The notes beneath the pieces are model-generated. The model saw only the letters and a program-made list of their open reading frames with translations. It was not told where the DNA came from and did not search any database. DNA of 64,000 bases, taken from NCBI RefSeq assembly GCF_964213995.1, contig NC_135812.1:58280001-58344000 (forward strand). Reading direction: 5' to 3'. Within the stretch, counting starts at the first letter, position 1, and each line of letters opens with the position of its first letter. Below are positions 26,075 to 37,889 of the stretch, piece by piece. The DNA comes from Mustelus asterias (Eukaryota). Position numbers and translations under genes: made by a program.

Positions 26075-26486
26075 CTGAGAAATTGTACATGAGAAACACA
26101 CCTTGTCTGGAAGATACTTGTGGCTGGGATCCACCCTGAAACTACAAGAAAACACAGCAATCAGCTTCCTCATACTTACACAGTACCACAGCCAGACAAA
26201 TACCCCTGACACACACTCCCCAAGGAGACACACACTGACATATACCGGCACACACATACACGCACGCACGCTCACACAATCACACTGACACACACTCACT
26301 CACACAGACATGCACACTCACGCACACACAAACTGACATATACTGACAGACACACACATAAACAAACACACACACACAGACCGGAACTCTACCACCCGCC
26401 ACGGAATCGGAGCGGGTGAGGGTCCAACAACAGAAATGTCTGCTGATCTTGGGCAGGAATTTTTGATCTTGCCTGAGCGAGGCCAT

Positions 26487-26652
26487 NNNNNNNNNNNNNN
26501 NNNNNNNNNNNNNNNNNNNNNNNNNNNNNNNNNNNNNNNNNNNNNNNNNNNNNNNNNNNNNNNNNNNNNNNNNNNNNNNNNNNNNNNNNNNNNNNNNNNN
26601 NNNNNNNNNNNNNNNNNNNNNNNNNNNNNNNNNNNNNNNNNNNNNNNNNNNN
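26487..26652. other. Assembly gap (166 N) within CA-rich low-complexity sequence
   Basis: Run of N. Confidence 1.
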
Positions 26653-26898
26653 ATATAGATGCACACACACACACATAGATAAACACACACACACAAATAG
26701 ACACACACACAGATACGTATAAATTATAGATCCATGAATACATACATTTATGTAACACCTTTGTTGTAATGCAACATACTTTGACATATACACACATATA
26801 AATATACCAACATGTGCACACAGACACACACATGTGCACACAGGCACACACATGTGCAGGCACAGACAGATAGTTGTAGGCAGAATCTTTGAGCCTAC

Positions 26899-26980
26899 CA
26901 CTGATTCCATGAAATGGGAATGTAATTCTTGGATCCTGTTCACATAATCTCTCCCTTTCACCTGGAGTACATATTCGCAG
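26899..26980 (-). CDS. BIRC7: BIRC7-like IAP exon 3 (end of BIR)
   Basis: gttttgatag| phase 2 ... GTG|gtaggc. Encodes CEYVLQVKGRDYVNRIQELHSHFMESV, supplying the fourth Zn ligand. Confidence 0.9.
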
Positions 26981-28451
26981 CTATCAAAACAGGACATTAA
27001 AAATTAGTTACAGAAAATAATCCATCAAACGTCACATAGAATCTCTCTCCCCCCACTGCCACTCCCGGCCACTTTCCTCCCCATCTCTCCTGATGATGCT
27101 GACTCCTGGATCACCAGGGACTCTCCTAAACCTTGTCTAAGTGATCAACCTTCACATGTGAGCTCACATAGTCACAACTGTCAGGATGTTGAACCAAGTG
27201 TCATAGCCCCTGCCCTCCTGACCTGATGTGTGAAAGTACTGGTTAGTGATCTGGGGTGGAGACCCAGGCTGACACGAGTCTAACCAGAGTGAGTCTGCAG
27301 CCTGTCTAGGAACCAAGTGCTATGGCCTGGTCCACAGACCAGAAGGACCATCTCACAACATGGGGGCAGCAGTGGAGCACCAAAGCAAAAAAGCATATTG
27401 CTGTAATCAAAGGAACCACAGAGTGAAGTGCAGCTTGATAGCAGCTCACACTTATGACTCGACAGAAGGCAAACTGGAGAGAGATAATGATGGGCACAGC
27501 CAGTGAGCAGTTCCTACACCTACTCAACCTGTTTGACTGTTCCGATGGCCGGCAGAGAGGCCAGAGTGAGAATGATGGAAGTGCCATTTCCTTCAATATT
27601 GAACAACATTGGGTGTTCATGCTAAGGAGAAGAAGCATCAGGTCAGTAACTCTCCCTATGCTGTTGGTCCAATAGAAGATGATGTTCTCCTGAGGCATGG
27701 AGTGGAGGAGTCCACTGCGGACTTTGAGATCATTCTTAAAGCTTTTGACACTTATTTTAGCCTGAAGTGAAACTCAGTAATAGAATGGACATTTTTTGAG
27801 CAAAAGTCCCGGTGACTTGGGGAATCAGTTGAATAATTTCTCACTGACCTATATCACCTAGGATACGGGCAGTGAAGAACAAGCTAATCTGTGATTGTCA
27901 TGGGCTTCCGAGATGAAAAACTCTCTGACTCTCTGCAGGTCAAAGATGACCTTTAGATCAAACGGTCCAGTGTGTGAGGCAGGCTGAATTTAGGGAATTT
28001 AACTGGGTTATAGTCCAATGTGTCCCTGAGGCTTCATATGACTCGGCTGACCTGGCTGAAGAAACATTTTGGTCCAGAATTTGCTGCCGAAATAACAGCA
28101 AGGTTAATGATGCCCAATGTTCTTAATGTATAAATCACTCAACTCGTGGTAAGTGTTAGGAAATAGAGCTGGTTTAAATATTTGATATTTGTATTTGTGG
28201 ATATTAGGAATGAGATACAAGTTTGAGCTTAATTTGAGTTTCTGTACTTGTGTGCCACCTAAAGGCTGAAACTTTGGTTAGCTTCACATTAAACAAAGGT
28301 TCCTGCATGTCTGAGAGTTTTAGTTGCAATTTAAACTGTGCCTGCATTGTAATTAAATGTTTGCAGCATAAAAACAATTACAGAGGTAAAAAAACTAAGC
28401 TGTTGCTTAGCAACCAGGGCCCCACACGGAACAGTAGAGGAGGGATGTAGT

Positions 28452-28962
28452 TGTATTGGAGGCAGTTCAGAGGAGGCTCACAAGACTGATTCCAGAGATG
28501 AGGGGTTTGTCTTATGAAGAGAGAGTGAGCAGTTTAGGCTGATACTCCCTGGAGTTTAGAAGAATGAGAGGAGATATAATTGAGGTTTAAAGATGGTAAA
28601 ATATATTGACAGGGTAGATGTAGAGAGGATGTTTCCTCTTGTCGGGCAATCTAGAACAAGAGGTCATAGTTTTAGGATAAAGGGTGGCAGATTTAAAACA
28701 GAGATGAGGGGAAATTACTTCTCTCAAAAGGTCGTGAATCTGTGGAATTCACCGCCCTAGAGTGCGGTGGATGCCGGGACAGTGAGTAAATTTAAGGAAG
28801 GGGCGGACAGATTTTTAATTAGTAATGGGTTTGAAGGGCTATGGTGAATGGGAAGGAAAGTGGAGTTGAGGCCGAGATGAGGTCAGCCATGATCATATTG
28901 AATGGCGGGGCAGGCTTGAGGGGCTGAACTCGAGGGTGCCTACTCCTACTCTTATGTTCTTA
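28452..28962 (+). mobile_element. CR1-type LINE 3' fragment
   Basis: TTGGAGGCAGTTCAGAGGAGG...GTGAATCTGTGGAATTC...CTTATGTTCTTA tail. Confidence 0.8.
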
Positions 28963-29049
28963 CCTGCAACCCAACCCCCTCATCCACTTACCTGTCACAC
29001 TAACCTTTCCTCTGTAGTTTCTCAAAGTGGCTTTGGGACATTGGCAATG

Positions 29050-29528
29050 GTCTAGTGGTACTATTGTTAGACTATTAATCCAGAAACTCAGCTAATGTTC
29101 TTGGGACCCAGGTTCGGATCCTGCCATGGCAGGTGATGGAATTTGAATTCAATAAAAAAATCTTGAATTAAGAATCTACTGATGACCATGAAACCATTGT
29201 TGATTGTTGGAAAAACCAATCTGGTTCACTAATGTCCTTTAGGGAAGGAAATCTGTCTTCCTTATCCGGTCTGGCCTACATGTGACTCCAGATCCACAGC
29301 AATGTGGTTAACTGTCAACTGCTTTCTGAAATGGCCTATCAAGCCGCTCAGTTGTGTCAATCGCTATAAAGTCTCAGCAAAGCCCTAACGGCATTGTGGG
29401 TCAACCCACAGCACATGGACTGCAGCAGTTCAAAAGGGCAGCTCACCACCAACATCTCAAGGGCAACTAGGAATGGGCAATAAATACTGGCCAGCCAGCA
29501 ACGCCCATGTCCCATGAATGAATAACAA
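29050..29528 (+). mobile_element. tRNA-derived SINE, same family as 11888-12185, with a longer LINE-derived tail
   Basis: Shared GGTTCACTAATGTCCTTTAGGGAAGG core; the 3' ~150 bp match 19085-19225. Confidence 0.75.
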
Positions 29529-30024
29529 AAGACATACCTGATGACAGCAGCTAACTCTGGGAAAAGGGAATGTGACTTCTCTGATGATGCCCTCCACTGC
29601 TTCACATGTGAATTATTGCACTGAGAGAGTTTGGAAGGACTCTCCATCAGAAGACAGGCCAAAAACATCATAGGAAGGTTAGTAGGCAACATTTCGCCTG
29701 ATCTGGACTAGAAATAGGCATGATTTCTCTTTCTGTATCTAATTTGACACTAATTCACCCTCTTTCCTTTTCTGACAGTTCATTTTCAATCCTGCTCACC
29801 ATTCTCCAGGTGCAGTCTACAGGGCTTTGTCTGGTTGAAGCATCAGCCTCTTGTATTCCAATCCTCTGGACATAAAGGCCAGCATTCCATTCTGGTGAAT
29901 AAGCCGAGGCCCAGTACTGTTCCAGGTGGGAGACCACTCACCACATCCTGCCAGTTAGAGCTTCTCTTCATTTTCCTCACCCTCTGTCTCCAGCCATTCA
30001 CTGAATTTCCTCACCAGGTCAAAC

Positions 30025-30692
30025 ATTCAGAAAGTTAGCGTGCAGGTACAGCAAGCAACCAGGAAGGTGAACGGTCTGTTGGTCTTTATTGCGAGGGGAT
30101 TGGAGTACAGGAATAAAGACATCTTGCTCCAGTTGTGCAGGGTTTTGGTGAGACCACATCTGGAATACCGTCGGCAGTTTTGGTCTCTACATTTCAGAAA
30201 GGATAGACTCACATTGGAGACGGTTACAGCGAGGGTTCACTAGATTAATCCCTGGGATGAGGGAGATGTCCTGTGATAAGAGGCTGAGTTTATTTTCTCT
30301 GGAGGTTCGAAGAATGAGAAGTGATCTCATTAAAAAGTACAGAATTCTGAAGGGGCTTGATCGGGGGTACTGTGAGAGATTGTTTCTGCTGGTCGGGGAA
30401 TCTATAACACGGGAGCAGAGTCTCAGGATGAGGGATCGATCTTCTGATGAGGAGGCAATTCTTTACTCAAATTTGTGAATCTTTGGAATTCTCTCCCCCA
30501 GGGCATTCTGGGTGCTCAACTGTGGAATTGTTTAAAGGCTGGGACAGAGAGGTTTTTGGTCTCTCCGGGAAGCGAGAGATATGGGGAGTGGGTGGGAAAG
30601 TGGAGTGGAAGCCAAAGATCAGCCATGATAGTATTGAATGATGGAGCAGGCTGGATGGGCCGAGTGGCCTACTGCTACTCCTTTTTATGTTC
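30025..30692 (+). mobile_element. CR1-type LINE 3' fragment
   Basis: QVQQATRKVNGLLVFIARGLEYRNKDILLQLCRVLVRPHLEY. Confidence 0.85.
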
Positions 30693-30887
30693 AACTTCAG
30701 CTAACAGTCACACACAGTCAAACACGCTGTCACTCACACAGTACAGTGTGACACACACACCAAACGCACACACACCACACACATGCACAAACACACGCCA
30801 CCATATACATACACATTCGCTTGCATGCTCGCACACACACATACACCCACACAGATTCATACACATGCACACGCACACACACTCAGG

Positions 30888-31188
30888 GGAGGCATGGTAG
30901 CACAGTGGCTAGCACTGCTGCTTCACAGCGCTAGGGGCCCAGGTTCAATTCCCGGCTCGGGTCACTGTTAGTGTGGAGTTTGCACGTTCTCCTTGTGTCT
31001 GTGTGGGTTTCCTCCGGGTGCTCCGGTTTCCTCCCACATTCTGAAAGATGTGCTGGTTAGATGCATTGGCCATGCTAAATTCTCCCTCAGTGTACCCGAA
31101 CAGGCGACTAGGGGATTTTCACAGTAACTTCATTGCAGTGTTAATGTAAGCCTACTTGTGACTAATAAATAAATTTTACTTTTACTTT
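30888..31188 (+). mobile_element. V-domain SINE, alternative-tail subfamily, inserted in a CA repeat
   Basis: Head, V-domain and the CAGTAACTTCATTGCAGTG tail. Confidence 0.85.
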
Positions 31189-31366
31189 TCACTCACACAC
31201 ACGCACACACTCATACATACACTCACTCACACACACACGCATGCATGCACACACACGCACACACACTCACATACACACGCGGAGGCACAGACGCAGAACA
31301 CAGGTAACATGGACTGTCACAGTCAGATATAGAAACAGACCACTTGTTAATGTCTGCAGCCAGTAC

Positions 31367-31466
31367 CGTGGAAACCATTTAGCGTGTTCCATCCATGGAT
31401 CATCTCCCAGCTCCCAGTTTCGAAGTTCCCCATCGCAGTGAAAACACTTCACGTTGTCACGGTGAC
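31367..31466 (-). CDS. BIRC7: BIRC7-like IAP exon 2 (BIR core)
   Basis: caacag| phase 1 ... CG|gtactg. Encodes [34 protein letters not shown], with the CxxC and H Zn ligands. Confidence 0.93.
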
Positions 31467-31521
31467 CTGTTGAGCAGGAAACCTCCATAAAGTCATTTCA
31501 GTGATTCAATGAGAGAGCCAG

Positions 31522-33063
31522 CACGGCAGGGTATACCCACTGCTGTTCACACTGCAGGATATACCCACTGCTATACACACTGCCGGGAATACACACTGCT
31601 GTACACACTGCCGGGTATACCCACTGCTATACACACTGCAGGATATACCCGCTGCTGTACACACTGCCGGGTATACACACTGCTGTACACACTGCCGGGT
31701 ATACACACTGCTGTACACACTGCTGGGTATACACACTGCTGTACACACTGCCGGGTATACACACTGCTGTACACACTGCCGGGTATACCCACTGCTGTAC
31801 ACACTGCCAGGTATACCCACTGCTATACACACTGCAGGATATACCCGCTGCTGTAGACACTGCCGGGTATACACACTGCTGTACACACTGCCGGGTATAC
31901 CCGCTGCTGTACACACTGCCGGGTATACACATTGTTGTACACACTGCTGGGTATACACACTGCTGTACACACTGCTGGGTATACACACTGCTGCACACAC
32001 TGCTGGGTATACGCACTGCAGAATATACCCGCTGCTGTACACACTGCTGGGTATACATGCTGCTGTACACACTGCCGGGTATACCCGCTGCTGTACACAC
32101 TGCAGGATATACACACTGCTGTACCCACTGCAGGATATACCCGCTGCTGTACACACTGCCAGGTCTATCCATTGCTCCACACGCTGTAGGATATACCTGG
32201 TACTGTACATACTGCAGGGTATACCCATTGCTGTACACACTGTGGGGTGTACCAACTGCTGTACACACAGCAGATATACCCACTGCTGTACACATTGTAG
32301 GGTATACTTGCTGCTGTACACGCTGCCAGTATACCTGCTGCTGTACATACTGCCGGTATACCTGCTACTGTACACATTGCAGGATATACCTGCTGCTGTA
32401 CACATTGTGGGGTATACCCGCTGCTGTACACACTGTAGGATATACTGACTGCTGTGCACGCTGCAGGATATACACATTGCTGTACACACTGCAGGGTATA
32501 TCCACTACTGTACATGTTGCTGGACACATTGTGGGGTGACCCACTGCTGTACAGACTGCTGGATATATACGCTGCTGTATCCACTGTAAGGTATACTCAC
32601 TGCTGTACACACTGTGGGGTCTACTCGCTGCTGTACATACTGCCGGTAACACCCATTGCTGCACACTCTGCCGGGTATACCCATTGCTGCACACACTGCC
32701 GGGTATACCCGCTGCTGCACACACTGCCGGGTATATCTGTTGCTGCACACACTGCCAGGTATGCCCGTTGCTGCACACGCTGCCGGGAATACCCATTACT
32801 GCACACACTGCCGGGTATACCTACTGCTGCACATGCTGCTGGGTATACCCGTTGCTGTACACGCTGCCGGGTATACCCGTTGCTGCACACAGTGCCGGGT
32901 ATACCCACTGCTGCACACACTGCCAGGTATACCCACTGCTGCACACACTGCAGGGTATATCCATTGCTGCACACACTGCTGGGTATACCCACTGCTGCAC
33001 ACACTGCAGGGTATACCCGCTGCTGCACACACTGCCAGGTATACCCGTTGCTGCACACACTGC
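31522..33063. repeat. ~28-bp minisatellite (ACACACTGCCGGGTATACCCGCTGCTGT)n
   Basis: Direct tandem array of ~1.5 kb; many units carry the palindrome GGGTATACCC. Confidence 0.95.
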
Positions 33064-33869
33064 TGAGCAGTGTATTTGATCATCTCTGAAACCCAAGCAA
33101 TGTGAAACAAAAATCTAATTTCACATCTCTCTTAGTGTTGTTAAATGTAACCATTCTACACGAGTTTATAATATTGTCTCTCCTTGTTTTTCCCATCAAA
33201 ATGCATCACTTCAAACTCCTTTGCATTAAATGTCACTGACCCAGTGTCTGCCCATTTCACCAGTCTGTCTATGTCTGTTATCATCTGCCACATTCCCAAA
33301 TTCTGTCATCTGTAGACTCTGAACTTAAGTCCTGTGGCTAAGTTCTGGTTAATTCTACATATCAAAGAACAATGGTCACAATACTGACTCCTGGAGAACA
33401 CCACTCTGGAGTGTGGTGACTAGGGGATTTTCACAGTAACTTCATTGCAGTGTTAGTGTAAGCCTACTTGTGACACTAATAAATAAACTTTACTCCATCT
33501 GAAAAACAACCATTCACTAATTATTTTTGCTTCTTATCCCTCAGCCAATTTTGTTTCCATTCTGCCAGTCTTTTAATCTCAGCGACTTTACTTTCGTTAA
33601 CAAGTCTATTATTTGGTACTTTGTCAAGTGCGTTTGAAAACCTATATCGATGACATCAACTGCAGCACCCTCACTAACCCACTACATGACCTCAATGAAT
33701 TCAAACAAGTTTATAAAAGCTTTGCCTCTAACAAGTCTATGCTTTCATTTATTAGCCTCTAAGTCTCCAAACACCAATTAATTTGCTCCCATATTAAAAT
33801 TTCCCCATCACAGATGTTAAGCTGTCTGGCCTGTGGTTATTGGTTTATCCCTTTTTAAACAGGAGTGTA

Positions 33870-33995
33870 ACATAGAAACATAGAAAAACTACAGCACAAA
33901 ACAGGCCCTTCGGCCCCACAAGTTGTGCCGAACATATCCCTACCTTTTAGGCCTACCTATAACCCTCCATCCTAATAGAAACATAGAAAAACTAC
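33870..33995 (-). mobile_element. CR1 LINE extreme 3' end, same family as 42192-44092
   Basis: CATAGAAACATAGAAAAACTACAGCACAAAACAGGCCCTTCGGCCCCACAAG is identical to 42198-42250. Confidence 0.85.
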
Positions 33996-34031
33996 ATTGC
34001 AGTTTTCCTGTCCTCTGGCACCACTCCCATT

Positions 34032-34294
34032 ATGTGGAGATGCCGGCGTTGGACTGGGGTAAACACAGTAACAGTTTTAACAACACCAGATTAAAGTCCA
34101 ACAGGTTTATTTGGTAGCAAATACCATTAGCTTTCAGAGCGCTGCTCCTTCGTCAGATGGAGTGGAAATTCGCCCTGTTTGAGAGCAAATTTCCATTCCA
34201 TCTGACGAAGGAGCAGCGCTCCGAAAGCTAATGGTATTTGCTACCAAATAAACCTGTTGGACTTTAACCTGGTGTTGTTAAAACTGTTACTGTG
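34032..34294. mobile_element. Penelope-derived fold-back element with hammerhead motifs on both strands
   Basis: Near-perfect inverted arms; TSD ACCACTCCCATT at 34020-34031 and 34295-34306. Confidence 0.88.
34198..34234 (+). ncRNA. Minimal hammerhead ribozyme motif (PLE type)
   Basis: ccat-CTGACGA-a-ggag(cagcg)ctcc-GAAA-gc-TA-atgg: conserved core with stem I, stem II and a palindromic AGCT stem III. Confidence 0.75.
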
Positions 34295-34897
34295 ACCACT
34301 CCCATTGCCAGGGAGATTTGGAAGATTGTGGTCAGACACTTTCCCTCCTTAGTCCACTCAGTATCAAGGGTGCATCCCATCTGGACCGGGTGACTTTTCT
34401 TGCCTTGAGTATGACCAGCCTATTCCTTTGCTTCTCCTTGTCTATTTTCATCTGATTCAATGTGGCTCGTATTTAATACCTCAGCCAGACCCTTGCCTGC
34501 ACAAGAAGGTCACCTTTTTGGTACCTAATTGACCCCATCCTACCTTTGCATACCCTTTTATTATCTGTTTATGTCGGTAATTCTGGACTCACTCTAGATT
34601 AGACAAACAACTATTTGCAGAATCACTCTTTGGGCCGTATTTTCATTATTGAAGCGTAAAGCTCAAGACAGGAAATTTCCCAGCATGGTAAATCTGTCTC
34701 TACATAAGTGGCCTCCTCACACACCATTTTTGCTCTGGGGAAGGGGCCCGAATAGAGTCGAGCCCTCCCAACCCCAAAGGGGTTTCGGTGCAGCCATGCA
34801 GGTGAGCCAATGCTGGTTAGAAGGCCTCATTGCTTCTCTAAGACTTTGTCCCAGTTGCATTTGTTTCCTGATTGTGGGACAGGTTGTCTGTAAATTA

Positions 34898-35208
34898 GAA
34901 TCATAGAATCCCTACAGTGCAGAAGGAGGCCATTCGGCCCATCGAGTCTGCAACCGACTCTCCGAAGGAGCATCTTACCCAGGCCCTCTCCCCCACCCTA
35001 TCCCCGTGATTCCGTGCATTCACCATGGCCAATTCACCTAGCCTGCACATCTTTGGACTGTGGGAGGAAACCAGAGCACCAGAGACGAAACCCACACAGA
35101 CATGGGGAGAATGTGCAAATTCCACGCAGATAGTCACCCAAGTCTGGAACTGAACCTGGTTCCCTGGCACTGTGAGGCAGCAGTGCTAACCAATGTGCCA
35201 CTGTACCA
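34898..35208 (-). mobile_element. HE1-like V-SINE
   Basis: Reverse-complement head, V-domain and tail. Confidence 0.85.
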
Positions 35209-35542
35209 TCATTAGGCCACATTAGGATGTTAGATCCTCTAGCCCTCACCCCTCACATCTCATCATCCTCCTACCCACTCATCAACCTGCTATCTCCATT
35301 CCCCATGTCATCTCCATGGCTCCATGCCATCTCTATTCCCTCATTCCACCTCCATCCACCCATGCCACCTTTGTGACCCCCCACACTATCTTCCATGGAC
35401 CCCATGCCCACTTGTCCAGTATGCACTGTGTACAGAACCAGTGAGATATATAATAACAATGGCAAGTCTAGCAATGCTGATGATAACACCCATTCAGAAA
35501 TCCGCTTTGAAAAACCTGCTGCTCTTACGGCCCTGCAAAACC

Positions 35543-35855
35543 CCCAGCACTGCCCCCCAGCATTAACCCCTGGCACTGCCCCACAGCATTAACCCCTGGC
35601 ACTGTGCCCCAGCATTAACCCCCAGCACTGCCCCACAGCATTAACCCCTGGCACTGCCCCACAGTGTTAATCCCCAGCACTGCCCCACAGCATTAACCCC
35701 CGGTACTGCTCTCCAGCATTAATCCCCAGCACTGCCCCACAGCATTAACTCCCCGGCACTGGCCCCCAGCATTAACCCCAGGCACTGCGCCCCTAGCACT
35801 TCCCTGGTACTACCCGCTAGCACTGCCTTCAACACTACCCCCCGGCACTGCCCGC
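35543..35855. repeat. ~26-bp C-rich tandem repeat (GCATTAACCCCTGGCACTGCCCCACA)n
   Basis: Direct tandem array. Confidence 0.9.
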
Positions 35856-36264
35856 ACTGCCTGGGTAGTGCCAGGTGCAATGCCCGGGGGTTTCCATGGT
35901 AAACTGCTTTATTCTCTCTGTGCTGGGAGGCCTTTACAAATAACGCCCTGATCCTTGGCTGTCTAAGTTGGTGGCAGGGTGGGAGAATCAGAGAGCCGAC
36001 ATGAGACCCAATTTTTTCCCAAAGTCCCCGGACTATGAGGTGGAGAAAGCCGGCAGTCTGTCGCTTTCTCCCTCACTATCAAACACACTAATGTTTCTAT
36101 CCTTATCCTGCCACAATGTACCACCTCACACTTAGCAATATTCACTCCATTTATCAACTACATTCTGCAAGATTATCCATGTCTTCCTGTATTTTCAGTT
36201 CAATATTGCACTCCTCCTCTGTATCTACACCCAGCCCTCATTTTGAATAGGTGTTGAGCCTTAC

Positions 36265-37219
36265 CCGTGTAGAAGAATCCTGCGTGGGCCAGTTGTGATG
36301 GTTGGATCATGGCACCAGCCGGCCAGTTCTCGAAGGTTCTCAGTCTCACCTCCTCTGCCTCCATCTCCACATTGACCGGCGGTGCTGCATCCTCCATACT
36401 CATCCGCTGGAGCTGGCTAATGATTTGTCCATCCACCATGTCGGCCTTTTGCCACTTCAGGCCAAGGTCAGCACCCCCATTGCTTAGATCGCAGTCAAGG
36501 TCAAAAGCACAGGCGCGAAGGGGGCAGCATTTTACCTTTTCCAACCGCCGTTGTCTGTTTGGTGACCAGCGTTTGAAGATGGCACCATGGAAACACAGGC
36601 TGCGGCCTGGCTGGCTCTGGAATATTCTCTGTGTCCTGACTTCTGGCCTCAGATACAAGGGAGCTCGGCGTGGATCAGGACCATGCTCAGTCTTCAAGCA
36701 ATCTGTTCCCACACCCTCATACCTGCTGGGACCAGCCAGCACAGAAAATTCTGAGGCGGCATGAGGCTGACTGCGATCTCCACAGGCTCCTCCACCTGGA
36801 TACGAGATCCCCACAGCCGCCCCAGCTCCCAGACCATGGGCTTGGTCACCTGGACAATACAGCACAGCCTGGGCCAGGCTGTGGGACAGTGGGGGTTCAC
36901 CTGTGCTGGCAAATCGCTCATGGATCCCAATTCCATAGAGGTCAGAGGGGGTTATCCCACCCCTTTCTGCACTCTCCCTCTCCGCAGACCCCCCTTGAGC
37001 ATTCTCGCTGTCCACACTCTCCCTCTCCATCCTCCCCCTCACCACACTCCCCCTTTCTCCACTCTCTCTCTCTCTACTCCCCAACTCGAAACTCCGCCTC
37101 TCCTCATTCTCCCTCTCCTCATTCTTCTTTTCCTCAATCCCCCTCTCCACTGCCTCCCTCCCCACTGTCCCCTTGTCCATATTCCTCCCCCACACACTCA
37201 CCCACTCCTCATTCTCCAT
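36265..37219 (-). CDS. BIRC7: BIRC7-like IAP, first coding exon
   Basis: ORF from the ATG at 37219 to the donor ACG G|gtaagg. Contains DMVDGQIISQL (the DxVDGQI motif typical of BIRC7/livin) and the BIR start MEAEEVRLRTFENWP...LAHAGFFYTG. No CARD in the gene argues against cIAP1/2. The true start ATG is uncertain. Confidence 0.85.
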
Positions 37220-37889
37220 CCTGTTCCGAGTACTTGGTGCTAGTTTCTAATTCCAGCATTAAAACAACATCTTTGCAATAACGGTATCAGAACGACTGAC
37301 TGGAGGAAGCAAGTCCAGCCTCAAAGCATTGGGAAGTATTGATGACAGCAGACAACCTCCAATAACCTCTCTAACGACTGCACTTGTTTCCGCCAGAATC
37401 ACTTGGAACCTCCTTTTACTGACATCACTCAGGACAAACGTAAGACAAACTTACAGAAATCCGTCAACCAAAGACATTACTTAAAGCTAAATAATGCACG
37501 TATCAGCGGTCAGACTGCTTTCAGCTCAGAGTCAGCCCTGAGAATCCTATTCCTCCAACACTGCTGTAAATATTCGCAGGATAACTGTGTATTAGAGCAG
37601 GTTACTGGACAGTTCCCTGGGTGACATTTGCTTGTTGTGCCAGTGCAGACAGTGTCAAGCTCTGATTGATTCCATGTGATCACACTCAGTCTGGGCTGGA
37701 AAGAGCCAGAGCCACATTTTGCTGAGCTGGTCCCAACTCGCACAATCACAGCCTCTGCCCTTTGTCACGCCTTTAGTAACCATGCCACATCACCTTTCAA
37801 ACACAAACTAACTTTCATACGGATAGTTAGACCCAAATATCACTTTCAAAAGTCTTCATGATTTCACCCATGAGTTTGGTTACTCTAAG

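Noticed and set aside
31506-33110. Cys/His-rich ORFs and a possible CRISPR-like array
   Set aside because: A tandem minisatellite with no unique spacers in a vertebrate intron; no cas genes.
15131-37219. Assignment as XIAP or cIAP1/2
   Set aside because: Only one intact BIR, no CARD, and the DxVDGQI motif favours BIRC7; phylogenetic confirmation is still needed.
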